From IMG/VR virus record IMGVR_UViG_3300028558_000016, positions 186,001 through 250,000 of that record: DNA of 64,000 nt; one strand, written 5' to 3'. Below the pieces are notes generated by a model that was not told the DNA's origin, did no database searches, and saw only the letters and a program-made list of their open reading frames with translations. Of this stretch, positions 19,499-28,541 are shown in pieces. Position 1 is the stretch's first letter; every line of letters begins with the position of its first letter. Both the position numbers and the translations under genes were made by a program.

Positions 19499-20082
19499 AG
19501 CACTTAAAGCTATACGAGGAATTTGTGGATGAGGCAATACTTCTTCCAGGACAACAGAAGATTAAAAGAGCTGATGCAATGGAAATTGCTAAGACTATAA
19601 TTGAAGGCATGGGTTTTAAGTATGTGGATCCTGACACTGTAACAACCAATTATGAGTTTGAGAAGAACGTTGGAATCCCAGTTGGTTCAATAAGAAGAAA
19701 GAGGCCTGAAGTTGGAGACATCGACATCATAATAACTTCACCAATAAACACGATGAAGCTTAGACAAGAACCATGGGCCAAAACCGTTTCAGGCGGAGAC
19801 AAACAAGTTAATTTTATTTATGAGGATGGAACAATTAAACGAAAAGTGAATTTATTTTCATTCGTTGATCCTGCAACTTTCGGCGGAGCTCTATTACATA
19901 CTACCGGTTCTCATCAATACAATGTAAGATTAAGATTCGTTGCCAACCAAAGAGGATTTGGAAAACTCAGCCAACATGGATTATTTGATGACAATGGAAA
20001 ATTAATAGCAGGTCCAACGGAAGCTTCAATACAGAAGGCGATGAAGGTCACGCAACGCGAACCTAAAGAACGAGAGAAATAA
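19495..20082 (+). CDS. CTS-leader minimal DNA polymerase X-like protein (palm + thumb)
   Basis: VGSIRRKRPEVGDIDIII; ALLHTTGSHQYNVRLR; LSQHGLF; TEASI...EPKERE. Confidence 0.8.
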   Translation: MKHLKLYEEFVDEAILLPGQQKIKRADAMEIAKTIIEGMGFKYVDPDTVTTNYEFEKNVGIPVGSIRRKRPEVGDIDIIITSPINTMKLRQEPWAKTVSGGDKQVNFIYEDGTIKRKVNLFSFVDPATFGGALLHTTGSHQYNVRLRFVANQRGFGKLSQHGLFDDNGKLIAGPTEASIQKAMKVTQREPKEREK

Positions 20083-20084
20083 AC

Positions 20085-20093
20085 GATATATAG
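20085..20093 (+). promoter_or_regulatory. Putative late promoter GATATATAG
   Basis: Recurring motif, 3 nt before ATG 20097. Confidence 0.5.
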
Positions 20094-20096
20094 TCT

Positions 20097-20498
20097 ATGA
20101 AACACATTAAATTATTCGAGAATTTCAATGAAGGCAAAGCGAAAGCCAATCCAACCGCTGACGAGAATTTCAAACCAATAGGTCCTGAGATAACTTACAA
20201 AAATGAATTCAATGAAACTACGTTCATCGGACAAATCTATAAAGAAAAATACCAAAATGACAGAATTGCTCTTGAAATGATCGGCACAAAAGGAAAATAC
20301 AAAGGAGAAACAATTCTCGTTGCAACCATAAATGTTCCATCAGAAAAAATTGCAGATGATGAAGTCATCATTAAAAACTATTCTGAGAACGAAGGAATTC
20401 TCGATGTTTTGATTGACGCAAAGATAATTTCCAAGCCAATCAGACAAGTTTCCACTGGTCACGTTTCAGCTCCAGTTTGCAAGCTTCTTATCAAATAA
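20097..20498 (+). CDS. CTS-leader protein MKHIKLFENFNE (133 aa)
   Basis: Shared motif. Confidence 0.75.
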   Translation: MKHIKLFENFNEGKAKANPTADENFKPIGPEITYKNEFNETTFIGQIYKEKYQNDRIALEMIGTKGKYKGETILVATINVPSEKIADDEVIIKNYSENEGILDVLIDAKIISKPIRQVSTGHVSAPVCKLLIK

Positions 20499-20613
20499 CC
20501 TATTGAACGTCAATAGGATTCGTTTACATTACTCACATACTTGGACCACATCGTTTGATATATAAAATGAACGATAAAGTCAATTGAAAGTCCAAGTTTA
20601 AAACAATTTAGAG

Positions 20614-21351
20614 GTGAAAAAATTAGTAATAGGTATCGATTTCAGTCTTTTAAGTCCTGGAATCTGCATTATCAAAGACAACACACACAAATGGATCTCG
20701 GTCTACACTGTAGACGCTGATGACCATCAAAAACTTCTCTCTAAGGAAGACGGTCCATTCAAGATCTTGAGTGAATCGAAAAACATCGGAATCAATCTTC
20801 GCGTAAAAAACGACAAAAAAGGAATCTCTTATTCGCACACAGAGCGTAATAAGTTGGTTGCCTCAGTCGAAGAGGTCAGTGCCCTTATATCAGAAATCAA
20901 AAAGCATTTAGTAGGTTTCTCTGGTGACGTTTACGTCGCTATGGAAGGAATCTCCTTTGGCTCAAAGGGCAACACACTGATCGACATCTGCATGGCTACT
21001 GGGATTCTCAGAGACGCAATCGTGTCAGAACTTTTAGATGGACGTTATGATAGGTTCTACGTTTTCTCGCCGGGCACAATTAAGAAGTACGCTTCAAAAG
21101 GCAACGCGAAGAAGGACGAACTCTACCATGCATTGATTTCTAAACCCGAACTTCAACATTTAGAATTCGTAAAACTGTTAGACATGTACAAGGAATCCTG
21201 GATCACTCCTGGCGGTGTAGTTAAAAAACCTCTGGATGATCTCGTCGACGCTACATGGATAGCTGAATTGCTGAAGGACGTTGTTGAGAATGGGTTGGCT
21301 GCCGAGGCTGAAAAGTCTCCTAAAAAGTCTAAGAAACAAAAAACCCTTTAA
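20614..21351 (+). CDS. RuvC-like Holliday junction resolvase
   Basis: VIGIDFSL, VAMEGISFGS and DDLVDATWIA acidic motifs of the RNase H/RuvC fold. Confidence 0.75.
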   Translation: MKKLVIGIDFSLLSPGICIIKDNTHKWISVYTVDADDHQKLLSKEDGPFKILSESKNIGINLRVKNDKKGISYSHTERNKLVASVEEVSALISEIKKHLVGFSGDVYVAMEGISFGSKGNTLIDICMATGILRDAIVSELLDGRYDRFYVFSPGTIKKYASKGNAKKDELYHALISKPELQHLEFVKLLDMYKESWITPGGVVKKPLDDLVDATWIAELLKDVVENGLAAEAEKSPKKSKKQKTL

Positions 21352-21458
21352 AAGATATAACAGATCTAAACTTTATAAAACTTCTCCACTTGAAAGAGTT
21401 AAAGGTTTTATGCCCCTCTCACATTGAAAGTTTCGTTTTGCGAAAAATAAATTGTGAG

Positions 21459-21488
21459 GAAACAAACAGAGCTATGCTTCTGTATAAC
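21459..21488 (+). promoter_or_regulatory. Putative early/middle promoter GAAACA-N18-TATAAC
   Basis: Same bipartite motif occurs at 38045 and 49929. Confidence 0.5.
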
Positions 21489-21553
21489 GTAGGTGATTTA
21501 CAAAGGCGAATCACAGAGTCAAATAAAATGTCAAATTAAAAACAATTAAAAAA

Positions 21554-22519
21554 ATGGAAAATTTCGAACAAGACGGAGACATCTTTAACCTCCAACCAGA
21601 TTCATTCATCAACCCTGTTAAGCCAAAGGCACAGAGTTTCTACCAGCCACAAGCTGACGAAGGTAGAGAAGGAGTTTACAAAGCAGTGATCAGGTTTTTA
21701 CCTTTTCACAAGAACCCAAACAAGAGCAAGATTCAGAAGTATTACGTGTGGATCAACAACACCGTTGACGGAGAAGCTTTCTCAGTAGACTGTCCAAGCA
21801 CAGTTGGTAAGAAGTCGATCTTAAAAGACACTTACTGGAAGTTAAAAAACAGCCAATCAGCTTCTGAGCAAGCTTTGGCAGAGAATTTCTCAAGAGCAGA
21901 GAATTTCTATTCGCTTATTCAGGTCGTAAAAGATCCGAACAAGCCAGAATTAGAAGGCAAGATCATGGTCTTCAAATTCGGAAAGAAAATCAACGACAAG
22001 ATCGAAGCACAGCTTAAACCGTTGGTTGGTAACCCATGCAATCCATACGACCTTTTCGAAGGTAAGTTATTTGCTCTTCACATCACGAAGAAACAAAAAT
22101 GGAACAACTACGACTCTTGTGAGTTTGTAGGAGACAAATGTTCTTTACAATTACCTGGAGAAGCTGCTCCAATTGCAAAGAGCAAAGAAGACATGGCGAA
22201 AGTTCTTAATTGGTTAAAAGAAGGTTCACCTGAACTCGATAAATACGAGTACAAGGATTGGACTGACGAAGTGACTGAGAAAGTTTACCGCGCAATCAAG
22301 AACATAATTCCTGATGGCAGATTGGTTGAACAGATCTTAAGCACTGCTGGTTCAGACAGACCAAGCACAGGAAAAACAACTGTGACTACTGATGCTCCTA
22401 AAAATTCTGCTCATGAAATAAACGAAGTTGCATCTGTTGCAAAACAAGAGAATGCTGCTCCGTCTAACAAAACAGAAAAAGCAGGAACAGGAATGGATGA
22501 CCTCTATTCTGACCTCTAA
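21554..22519 (+). CDS. T4 gp32-like single-stranded DNA-binding protein
   Basis: YKAVIRFLP, DCPSTVGKK, FKFGKKINDKI, WNNYDSCEF and acidic tail MDDLYSDL. Confidence 0.85.
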   Translation: MENFEQDGDIFNLQPDSFINPVKPKAQSFYQPQADEGREGVYKAVIRFLPFHKNPNKSKIQKYYVWINNTVDGEAFSVDCPSTVGKKSILKDTYWKLKNSQSASEQALAENFSRAENFYSLIQVVKDPNKPELEGKIMVFKFGKKINDKIEAQLKPLVGNPCNPYDLFEGKLFALHITKKQKWNNYDSCEFVGDKCSLQLPGEAAPIAKSKEDMAKVLNWLKEGSPELDKYEYKDWTDEVTEKVYRAIKNIIPDGRLVEQILSTAGSDRPSTGKTTVTTDAPKNSAHEINEVASVAKQENAAPSNKTEKAGTGMDDLYSDL

Positions 22520-22612
22520 GAAATAATGAGTGTCTACGTGAGCGTAGAGTAAGTGATTACCGACTTCTATAAAAGTGAAGCGGCGGAAACTAACAGCTCA
22601 GATTGTAATAAG

Positions 22613-22645
22613 AAGGAGAGGACCAAAAGTTCTCTCCTTTTTTAT
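22613..22645 (+). terminator. Rho-independent terminator
   Basis: aaggagagga/ttctctcctt stem followed by a U-tract. Confidence 0.7.
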
Positions 22646-22731
22646 TATGAATATCAACAATTTATTTTCTTTCAAAATGAAGCTTCCTAATTTTTCGAAG
22701 ATAAGAAATATAAGAGCGTCGCTCAAGTGAG

Positions 22732-23199
22732 TTGATAAGCGTTCAACCGCAAGAACCAAAATACGTTGACACTTACATAAATCATTGGGGCCAAACAGTC
22801 AATGTAACTGAAGGAGGAACAAGAATGACGTATTCACAGAATAACGATTCAGTATTATTTGGAGATCGTGGACACGCATACATGAACGGATGGTTTGTTG
22901 TCGACAAAGATAAAAATCAAATTTATAACGGAGATCCGGGTTATGATGAGCTTGTAGAAAAATGTAAATCAATGTGGGAAGTTCTCGATGGGTTACAAAA
23001 GAATTTTCCTGAATATAACGTAGAGAGAGGTCGTGGTGATAGATTATTTGTGAATGACAAGATGATCAAAGGAATTTTGATTTATCCAGGAATGCGAATG
23101 GTACAAGGATCTCTTGAAGAAGAAATAAAAAGCATTTCTGAGTTCATTCAAAATGACATAAACAATAAAAGAATAATTAAAGGCAAATACGGAATTTAA
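22732..23199 (+). CDS. Hypothetical protein (start uncertain)
   Basis: ORF between the SSB terminator and the primase. Confidence 0.6.
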   Translation: MISVQPQEPKYVDTYINHWGQTVNVTEGGTRMTYSQNNDSVLFGDRGHAYMNGWFVVDKDKNQIYNGDPGYDELVEKCKSMWEVLDGLQKNFPEYNVERGRGDRLFVNDKMIKGILIYPGMRMVQGSLEEEIKSISEFIQNDINNKRIIKGKYGI

Positions 23200-23211
23200 A
23201 AATTTAAAGTC

Positions 23212-24336
23212 ATGGTTTCATTTCAAAAAGAAAATAATTCAGCACCAATAGAAAAAATTCCAATGGACAAGATCATTGGTCCGTTGCAAGAGGTATTAAA
23301 AGCAAGATTTCCCGGAGACAGCGAAAGACAAAGAATAGTTCCAAGATTAAATTGGCAGAGACTAAACTTCTGTTGTCCTTATTGCGGTGACTCACACGAG
23401 AACGCAAGAAAGAAGAGAGGCAACTTCTATTCAAACTGGCTATACTTTAAATGTTATAACGGAGGTTGCGAACAGTATGTGGATTTCCTGACAATGTTGA
23501 AAGACTTTAAAGTCACAAACGCTGTTTCAGAGGAAGACACCCTACAGATGAAGCTCATGATTGCTTCATCAAGAGAAGCAGCAAAACAAGAGAGGATGAT
23601 GAGACACGAGCTTTCTCTTGATGCACTCACAAACACAGATTTCGAAAAAGTTTTAGTTCCAAGAAAAGATTTAATGAAGGCATTGAATCTCATGGAGGTT
23701 CATCCTAAATCTCCTATGGGAATTTATTTATTCAAGAGATCACAATTGGCTGACAAGAGGTTTGCATGGGACACGAAAAGAAAAAGATTGTTCATCATGA
23801 ATCTTGATCACACCCAAGAATGGGTGTTTGCTTTACAGACAAGACAGTTCGATAATGACAGCTCAAAATCTAAATATCTCACATACAATCTTTCTGGTAT
23901 ATGGAGCAAGATGATGAGAAACACCGACGAAGAATTTTTGACTAAAACAAGAGACCTTGATCATGTGTCAACTGTGTTCAATGTATTGACCTTAAACTTC
24001 AATGATACCATCACGTTGTTTGAAGGTCCGCTCGATGCATTTCTATTTAAGAATTCAGTTGGAATGTGTTCAGTGAATAACGCTTGGCCGTTTGACGTTG
24101 ACAACTACAGATATTTCCAAGACAACGATGAAGCAGGAAGAAAGAAGGCAATGACTATGCTTGCAATGGATAAGTCAGTGTTCATGTGGAAGAAATTCAC
24201 AGATGACTTTGAGCTTCATGGAAAGAAGATAAAGGATTATAACGACATAGTCACGTATCAGAGAGCCAATAACATTGATTTCGGAAACATTGAAAAATAT
24301 TTTTCAACGCATAAATACGATGGAATATATTTATGA
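23212..24336 (+). CDS. T4 gp61-like DNA primase
   Basis: Zinc finger CPYCGD...FKCYNGGC; TOPRIM motifs EGPLDA, DNDEAG, KDYND. Confidence 0.9.
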   Translation: MVSFQKENNSAPIEKIPMDKIIGPLQEVLKARFPGDSERQRIVPRLNWQRLNFCCPYCGDSHENARKKRGNFYSNWLYFKCYNGGCEQYVDFLTMLKDFKVTNAVSEEDTLQMKLMIASSREAAKQERMMRHELSLDALTNTDFEKVLVPRKDLMKALNLMEVHPKSPMGIYLFKRSQLADKRFAWDTKRKRLFIMNLDHTQEWVFALQTRQFDNDSSKSKYLTYNLSGIWSKMMRNTDEEFLTKTRDLDHVSTVFNVLTLNFNDTITLFEGPLDAFLFKNSVGMCSVNNAWPFDVDNYRYFQDNDEAGRKKAMTMLAMDKSVFMWKKFTDDFELHGKKIKDYNDIVTYQRANNIDFGNIEKYFSTHKYDGIYL

Positions 24337-24581
24337 TCCAAAAGATAAATAAGAAATACATGCTACACAAAGAAGAAGAAATAAAATCGCCATCAGTAGA
24401 AATGCCATGGGATCCCGAAGAAGCCAAGAAGGTTGGAAGCTTAAAAGGAATTGCAGAGTATAAGGTCGAAGCGGAGCACGTACCGCTTGCAATAGAGTTC
24501 ACAGAGCCAAAAGTTAAAAAGAAAGTAAGAACTTCTGCTAACGTGGTGAATCTAAAGAAGAACAAAAACGGTTTATTCTGA
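24333..24581 (+). CDS. Hypothetical protein (82 aa)
   Basis: ATGA-coupled ORF. Confidence 0.6.
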   Translation: MIQKINKKYMLHKEEEIKSPSVEMPWDPEEAKKVGSLKGIAEYKVEAEHVPLAIEFTEPKVKKKVRTSANVVNLKKNKNGLF

Positions 24582-24594
24582 TATAACTGATAAC

Positions 24595-25155
24595 ATGATA
24601 ATGGCACCTGAAAAGAAAGACAAGATTCAAGAAAAAGAAAAATCACAGGATATTTTTTATCATGGTGTATTCAACTTACAAGACACTCCTCAGGAAAAAG
24701 AAAAAACAGAGGAAACAAAAAAACCCGTGGAAGAAAAATCAGATCTCCGAACAGAGTTCGAGAAAGACAGAATAAAGTGGAAGGACATAATCCTTCAAAT
24801 GGCTTACAAGATTAAAGACATGAAGAGCATGACTGAGCTTCAGGTTGATCTATACAGCAACAGACAAATTGTATTGGAACATTCCCACTACTTACAAAGT
24901 CTTCTTGCAAAGATAACAAAGATATACAGAAAATCTCTCGGTGCAAAAACCGTTGATTTCATGAATGGAGATAGAAAATTGAAGATGGGCGAGACTAACA
25001 TTCTCGTTGAAGCATCTGTTGCAGATCAAAAAGAACAAATTGATTTGATAGAGTCACAGATTGAATACATGCAGGAAACAAAGAAGAACATCGACAACAT
25101 GGTGTTTGGGCTTGGACATAGAATTCAATTGGAAGAATACAGAAAAATAAATTAA
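24595..25155 (+). CDS. UvsY-like recombination mediator (helical)
   Basis: All-helical coiled coil ending IEYMQETKKNIDNMVFGLGHRIQLE; close to UvsW as in T4-like phages. Confidence 0.55.
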   Translation: MIMAPEKKDKIQEKEKSQDIFYHGVFNLQDTPQEKEKTEETKKPVEEKSDLRTEFEKDRIKWKDIILQMAYKIKDMKSMTELQVDLYSNRQIVLEHSHYLQSLLAKITKIYRKSLGAKTVDFMNGDRKLKMGETNILVEASVADQKEQIDLIESQIEYMQETKKNIDNMVFGLGHRIQLEEYRKIN

Positions 25156-25160
25156 ACACC

Positions 25161-25445
25161 ATGAGCAAAACAGCAAAAAATGGAATAACAGCATCGTTAG
25201 CTTTAAAAGTTAATATTGCAAAATTGAAATCTCAATTCAAAACAGACAATCCTTATTTGAACGATTTAATATTTGCAGGTGTTTCACAATTTCTTGGAAT
25301 CAAGAGTGGCCCAATTGAAATGTCTGCTGGCTTAATTGATACCATGCCTAATCCTGCAATGTTTCAATTCTTACAAGATGCTGAGATCTTAATTCCAGAG
25401 AGTCAAGAAGAAGAGAAAGAAAAAGTAGTTGTATTACACAGCTAA
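25161..25445 (+). CDS. Hypothetical protein (94 aa)
   Basis: ORF in the operon. Confidence 0.6.
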   Translation: MSKTAKNGITASLALKVNIAKLKSQFKTDNPYLNDLIFAGVSQFLGIKSGPIEMSAGLIDTMPNPAMFQFLQDAEILIPESQEEEKEKVVVLHS

Positions 25446-25451
25446 TCACAC

Positions 25452-26984
25452 ATGTTAAAGTTTGCCTTATCTGAAGACCACAAATGGTTACGACTCATAG
25501 CATACGACGATATTTTAGAATTTCGTCAGGTGCAGATCACTTTCACCAAACAGGTGAAGAACCATTGGCTGTACAAGAAAAAAGGATGGAACGGCGACAT
25601 TGCATATTTCTATAAAGACAAATTCATTCCAGCTGGTTTATGGGGCGAGCTCATACGCATGGGCAAGGAACATAAAATAGAAATCGAGATCGAAGGTCTC
25701 GATAAATTATTTTTTCCAGTAACCGTAGAAGAGTTTAATGAATGGGTCACAGAATTCTTTAAGGGTTCAGAACGAACTCCAAGGGATTACCAAATTGATG
25801 CAGCATATAAAATTGTTAAGTATGGTCTTTCCACACAAGAGCTTGCAACAAACTCTGGAAAGACATTGATCGTTTACATGGTTGTCGCTTACATGTTGTC
25901 AAAAGGAATAGCAGACAAATTCATGATGATCGTTCCAAACACCAACTTGATCATTCAGGCCGTTGAGGATTTCCAAGAATACGAAGAGCACAGAATGAAT
26001 AAGGTTGGAATAAAAACCCAAATGGTTTACGGAGGTTCAGAAGATCGAAAGAAGGAAGGTGCCAACATGACCATAGGAACTTTCCAAAGCTTGAAGAACA
26101 TGGATCCTGAATTCCTTGCACAGTTCAAGGTGGTCATGGTCGATGAAGCACACCACACAAATTGTACGAGCATAAAAACTATATTGACTAAATGCACTAA
26201 TGCCGTATGGAGATTCGGTTTGTCTGGTACATTAGGAGATCCAAAATTTGCAGACTATTTTACTATCCAACAGTTTCTCGGACCGTTGGTTAAAACTGTT
26301 TCGCCTGATTTCTTATTCCAGAACAATTACGCAACTCCAGTTGACATAAGAGTGATTAGGATGAATTACCTTCCTGAAGATGCAAGAAAGAAGTTAATTG
26401 ACCTCAAGGCACAAATGAAAGAGACCGATCCAACGTTCGTCTATAACTTGGAAAGAAAGCTCGTGGTCAGAGACAGAAACAGATTGAACTTTGTTTGCAA
26501 CTTCATATCAAGAACTTCCAAGAATTCATTGGTGTTGTTCCAGAGCGTTCAGGACCAATACGGAATGGCAATTTATAACAGGCTCAAAGAAATAACAAGC
26601 GACAAGGAGATATTCTATGTCGATGGAGATATTTCAACCGAGCTAAGAGAAGAGTACAAGACCAGAATGAAGACTGGAGCCAATAGGATATTGATAGCGA
26701 GCTTCAAGACGTTTTCCACTGGTATCAGCATTGACAACTTGCATAACATCTTCCTGGTTGAATCCTATAAGTCTGAGATAGTCATCAAGCAATCCATCGG
26801 AAGGATGATGAGAAAACATGACGACAAGGAAGTGGCCATCGTGGTGGACTTCGTGGATGACTTTTCGTATAAGACGAAGATAAACTATTTGATGAAACAC
26901 AGCAATGAGAGGATAGAGATATACAAACGAGAGAAGTTTAAGTATAAGATTTACAACGTGGACATTAATGCGGACGAGGCCTGA
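25452..26984 (+). CDS. uvsW: UvsW-like SF2 DNA helicase
   Basis: PRDYQ, ATNSGKT, MVDEAHH, GLSGT, QSIGRMMR. Confidence 0.9.
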   Translation: MLKFALSEDHKWLRLIAYDDILEFRQVQITFTKQVKNHWLYKKKGWNGDIAYFYKDKFIPAGLWGELIRMGKEHKIEIEIEGLDKLFFPVTVEEFNEWVTEFFKGSERTPRDYQIDAAYKIVKYGLSTQELATNSGKTLIVYMVVAYMLSKGIADKFMMIVPNTNLIIQAVEDFQEYEEHRMNKVGIKTQMVYGGSEDRKKEGANMTIGTFQSLKNMDPEFLAQFKVVMVDEAHHTNCTSIKTILTKCTNAVWRFGLSGTLGDPKFADYFTIQQFLGPLVKTVSPDFLFQNNYATPVDIRVIRMNYLPEDARKKLIDLKAQMKETDPTFVYNLERKLVVRDRNRLNFVCNFISRTSKNSLVLFQSVQDQYGMAIYNRLKEITSDKEIFYVDGDISTELREEYKTRMKTGANRILIASFKTFSTGISIDNLHNIFLVESYKSEIVIKQSIGRMMRKHDDKEVAIVVDFVDDFSYKTKINYLMKHSNERIEIYKREKFKYKIYNVDINADEA

Positions 26985-27010
26985 TGAGGGCCTCTTTCTA
27001 TTTAAAATGG

Positions 27011-27019
27011 GATATATAC
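27011..27019 (+). promoter_or_regulatory. Putative late promoter GATATATAC
   Basis: Recurring motif upstream of 27049. Confidence 0.5.
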
Positions 27020-27048
27020 AATAACAAACCAAAATAAACTGAATAGTA

Positions 27049-27237
27049 ATGAAAAAGATCACAACTCTGATACAAGAATCCGAAAAGGAAATGATAACAG
27101 AAGCTGCGTTAGGTTCCTTCGAGAAGGACCTCGATGAACTCGTTAGCAAATACGCTGATGCAATGGTAGCAGATCTTCAGGACAAGCTGAAGGGCAAGAT
27201 TGCAGTAGTTCTTAAGAAGAAAGCTGGAAAAATCTAA
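27049..27237 (+). CDS. Small protein, probable head-internal (MKKITTLIQES...MITEA)
   Basis: (L/I)xE sites and late motif. Confidence 0.6.
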   Translation: MKKITTLIQESEKEMITEAALGSFEKDLDELVSKYADAMVADLQDKLKGKIAVVLKKKAGKI

Positions 27238-28094
27238 TGATCGGTCGTTTCAGATACGTACAAAGCTTTGGACATTATGTTTTCGAAAGATACAATCCTT
27301 TATTTGAAGGTGGAAATGTATTTGATAACGTTAACAAGATAAACAAGGAAGATGTTGATGCCACAATAAATGACATCAAGGATCGTTTATTTCCTTCTTT
27401 AGGACTGGAGTTTGACAAGAACGTGATAAGCATAGGAAGTGCTGGTCATGCTGACGTTTCTGGCGACATCGATTTTGGAGTCATTGGGAAAGATTTACAA
27501 GAGTTGTATGCAACTCTTCAATCTAAATTTCCACAACACAAGAGCAACTTCATTAAAGGACTTGAGGTGTTAAGCACTGAATGGCCGATAAGAGGAGATG
27601 AAAAGAATCTTGTGCAAGTTGATTTCATTCCAGTATATGACAGAGCATGGACTGAATTTGTTTATAGGTATCCAGAAGGAAGCGATTACAAGAGCGCACA
27701 CAGAAATTGGGTGATGATGGCAATTCTTTCTACGATCAAAGACAACGTGGAACAGGATGAAGACGACCAGCCTCTTTCGTACGAAGGATACACAATGAAT
27801 CTTAACAAGGGGCTTTTCTCTATTAAGAAGGATTATCACGGTAAGACAAAGATATTGAAGCACGGTCAGATTGTTGAAGAGAAGTTAGTCACAACAGATC
27901 CTGATAAGTTCGTGAAGTTTGTCTTTGGAGACAGCTACGGTCCAGAGGACGTAAGAACATTTGAAGATTGCTGGCATATAATAGGCAAATCAGATTTCAA
28001 ATGGCGAGACAAGATAAGCGAAATAAAAGAGAATTTGAAAAAATTTCTGGACAGGGTCGAACTGCCGATACCAAAAGAACTCGAACAAGAATGA
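27237..28094 (+). CDS. Pol-beta superfamily nucleotidyltransferase (LFEGGN N-terminus)
   Basis: IGSAG...SGDIDFG...VQVDFI catalytic triad pattern. Confidence 0.7.
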   Translation: MIGRFRYVQSFGHYVFERYNPLFEGGNVFDNVNKINKEDVDATINDIKDRLFPSLGLEFDKNVISIGSAGHADVSGDIDFGVIGKDLQELYATLQSKFPQHKSNFIKGLEVLSTEWPIRGDEKNLVQVDFIPVYDRAWTEFVYRYPEGSDYKSAHRNWVMMAILSTIKDNVEQDEDDQPLSYEGYTMNLNKGLFSIKKDYHGKTKILKHGQIVEEKLVTTDPDKFVKFVFGDSYGPEDVRTFEDCWHIIGKSDFKWRDKISEIKENLKKFLDRVELPIPKELEQE

Positions 28095-28540
28095 AAAAAG
28101 TAAATGACGGAAACTTAGAACTGTTGCATTCGGCCTTAACACATTTCGTTGGAGAACCGATAACTCAAATGAGCAAGTTCGCAGATGACAGTTTATTGTT
28201 TCAGACGCACAGCGGAATTACTGGATTTGTAGAGCCAAACAATACTGGCAACATGGAAATATCGATAGGAGAAGACATTGTATATGAGATAGAAAAGAAT
28301 TTATACGACCTTCTCGAACTCGACAAAAAGGAAATAGGATTGATTGATTTTTACAACCATCTGAAAATGGTTGATTGGACAGAGTTCAAAACCAAATCAA
28401 AAGATTTTTTTGACATAGTAAAAATATCGACGGAAAACATTATTTTAAATTATAATCTTCCATTAGTTGGTGACACCACGATAAACTCAACACAGGTTCA
28501 CTACACAAATGACCAGAAGATTAAGATCAATCTTAACTAA
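28091..28540 (+). CDS. Hypothetical protein (149 aa)
   Basis: ATG 28091 overlaps the upstream stop (ATGA). Confidence 0.65.
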   Translation: MKKVNDGNLELLHSALTHFVGEPITQMSKFADDSLLFQTHSGITGFVEPNNTGNMEISIGEDIVYEIEKNLYDLLELDKKEIGLIDFYNHLKMVDWTEFKTKSKDFFDIVKISTENIILNYNLPLVGDTTINSTQVHYTNDQKIKINLN

Positions 28541-28541
28541 T

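Noticed and set aside
21351-21458. Replication origin in the AT-rich gap before gp32
   Set aside because: Only a weak two-copy CAC(A)TTGAAAG similarity; no iteron array or other support
22520-22612. Possible small RNA after gp32 (ctacg-tgag-cgtag hairpin)
   Set aside because: Only one short hairpin is evident; consistent with an ordinary 3' UTR before the terminator
26976-26998. Hammerhead ribozyme (CTGATGAG core)
   Set aside because: No stem II followed by GAAA; the sequence is better read as a hairpin/terminator after uvsW
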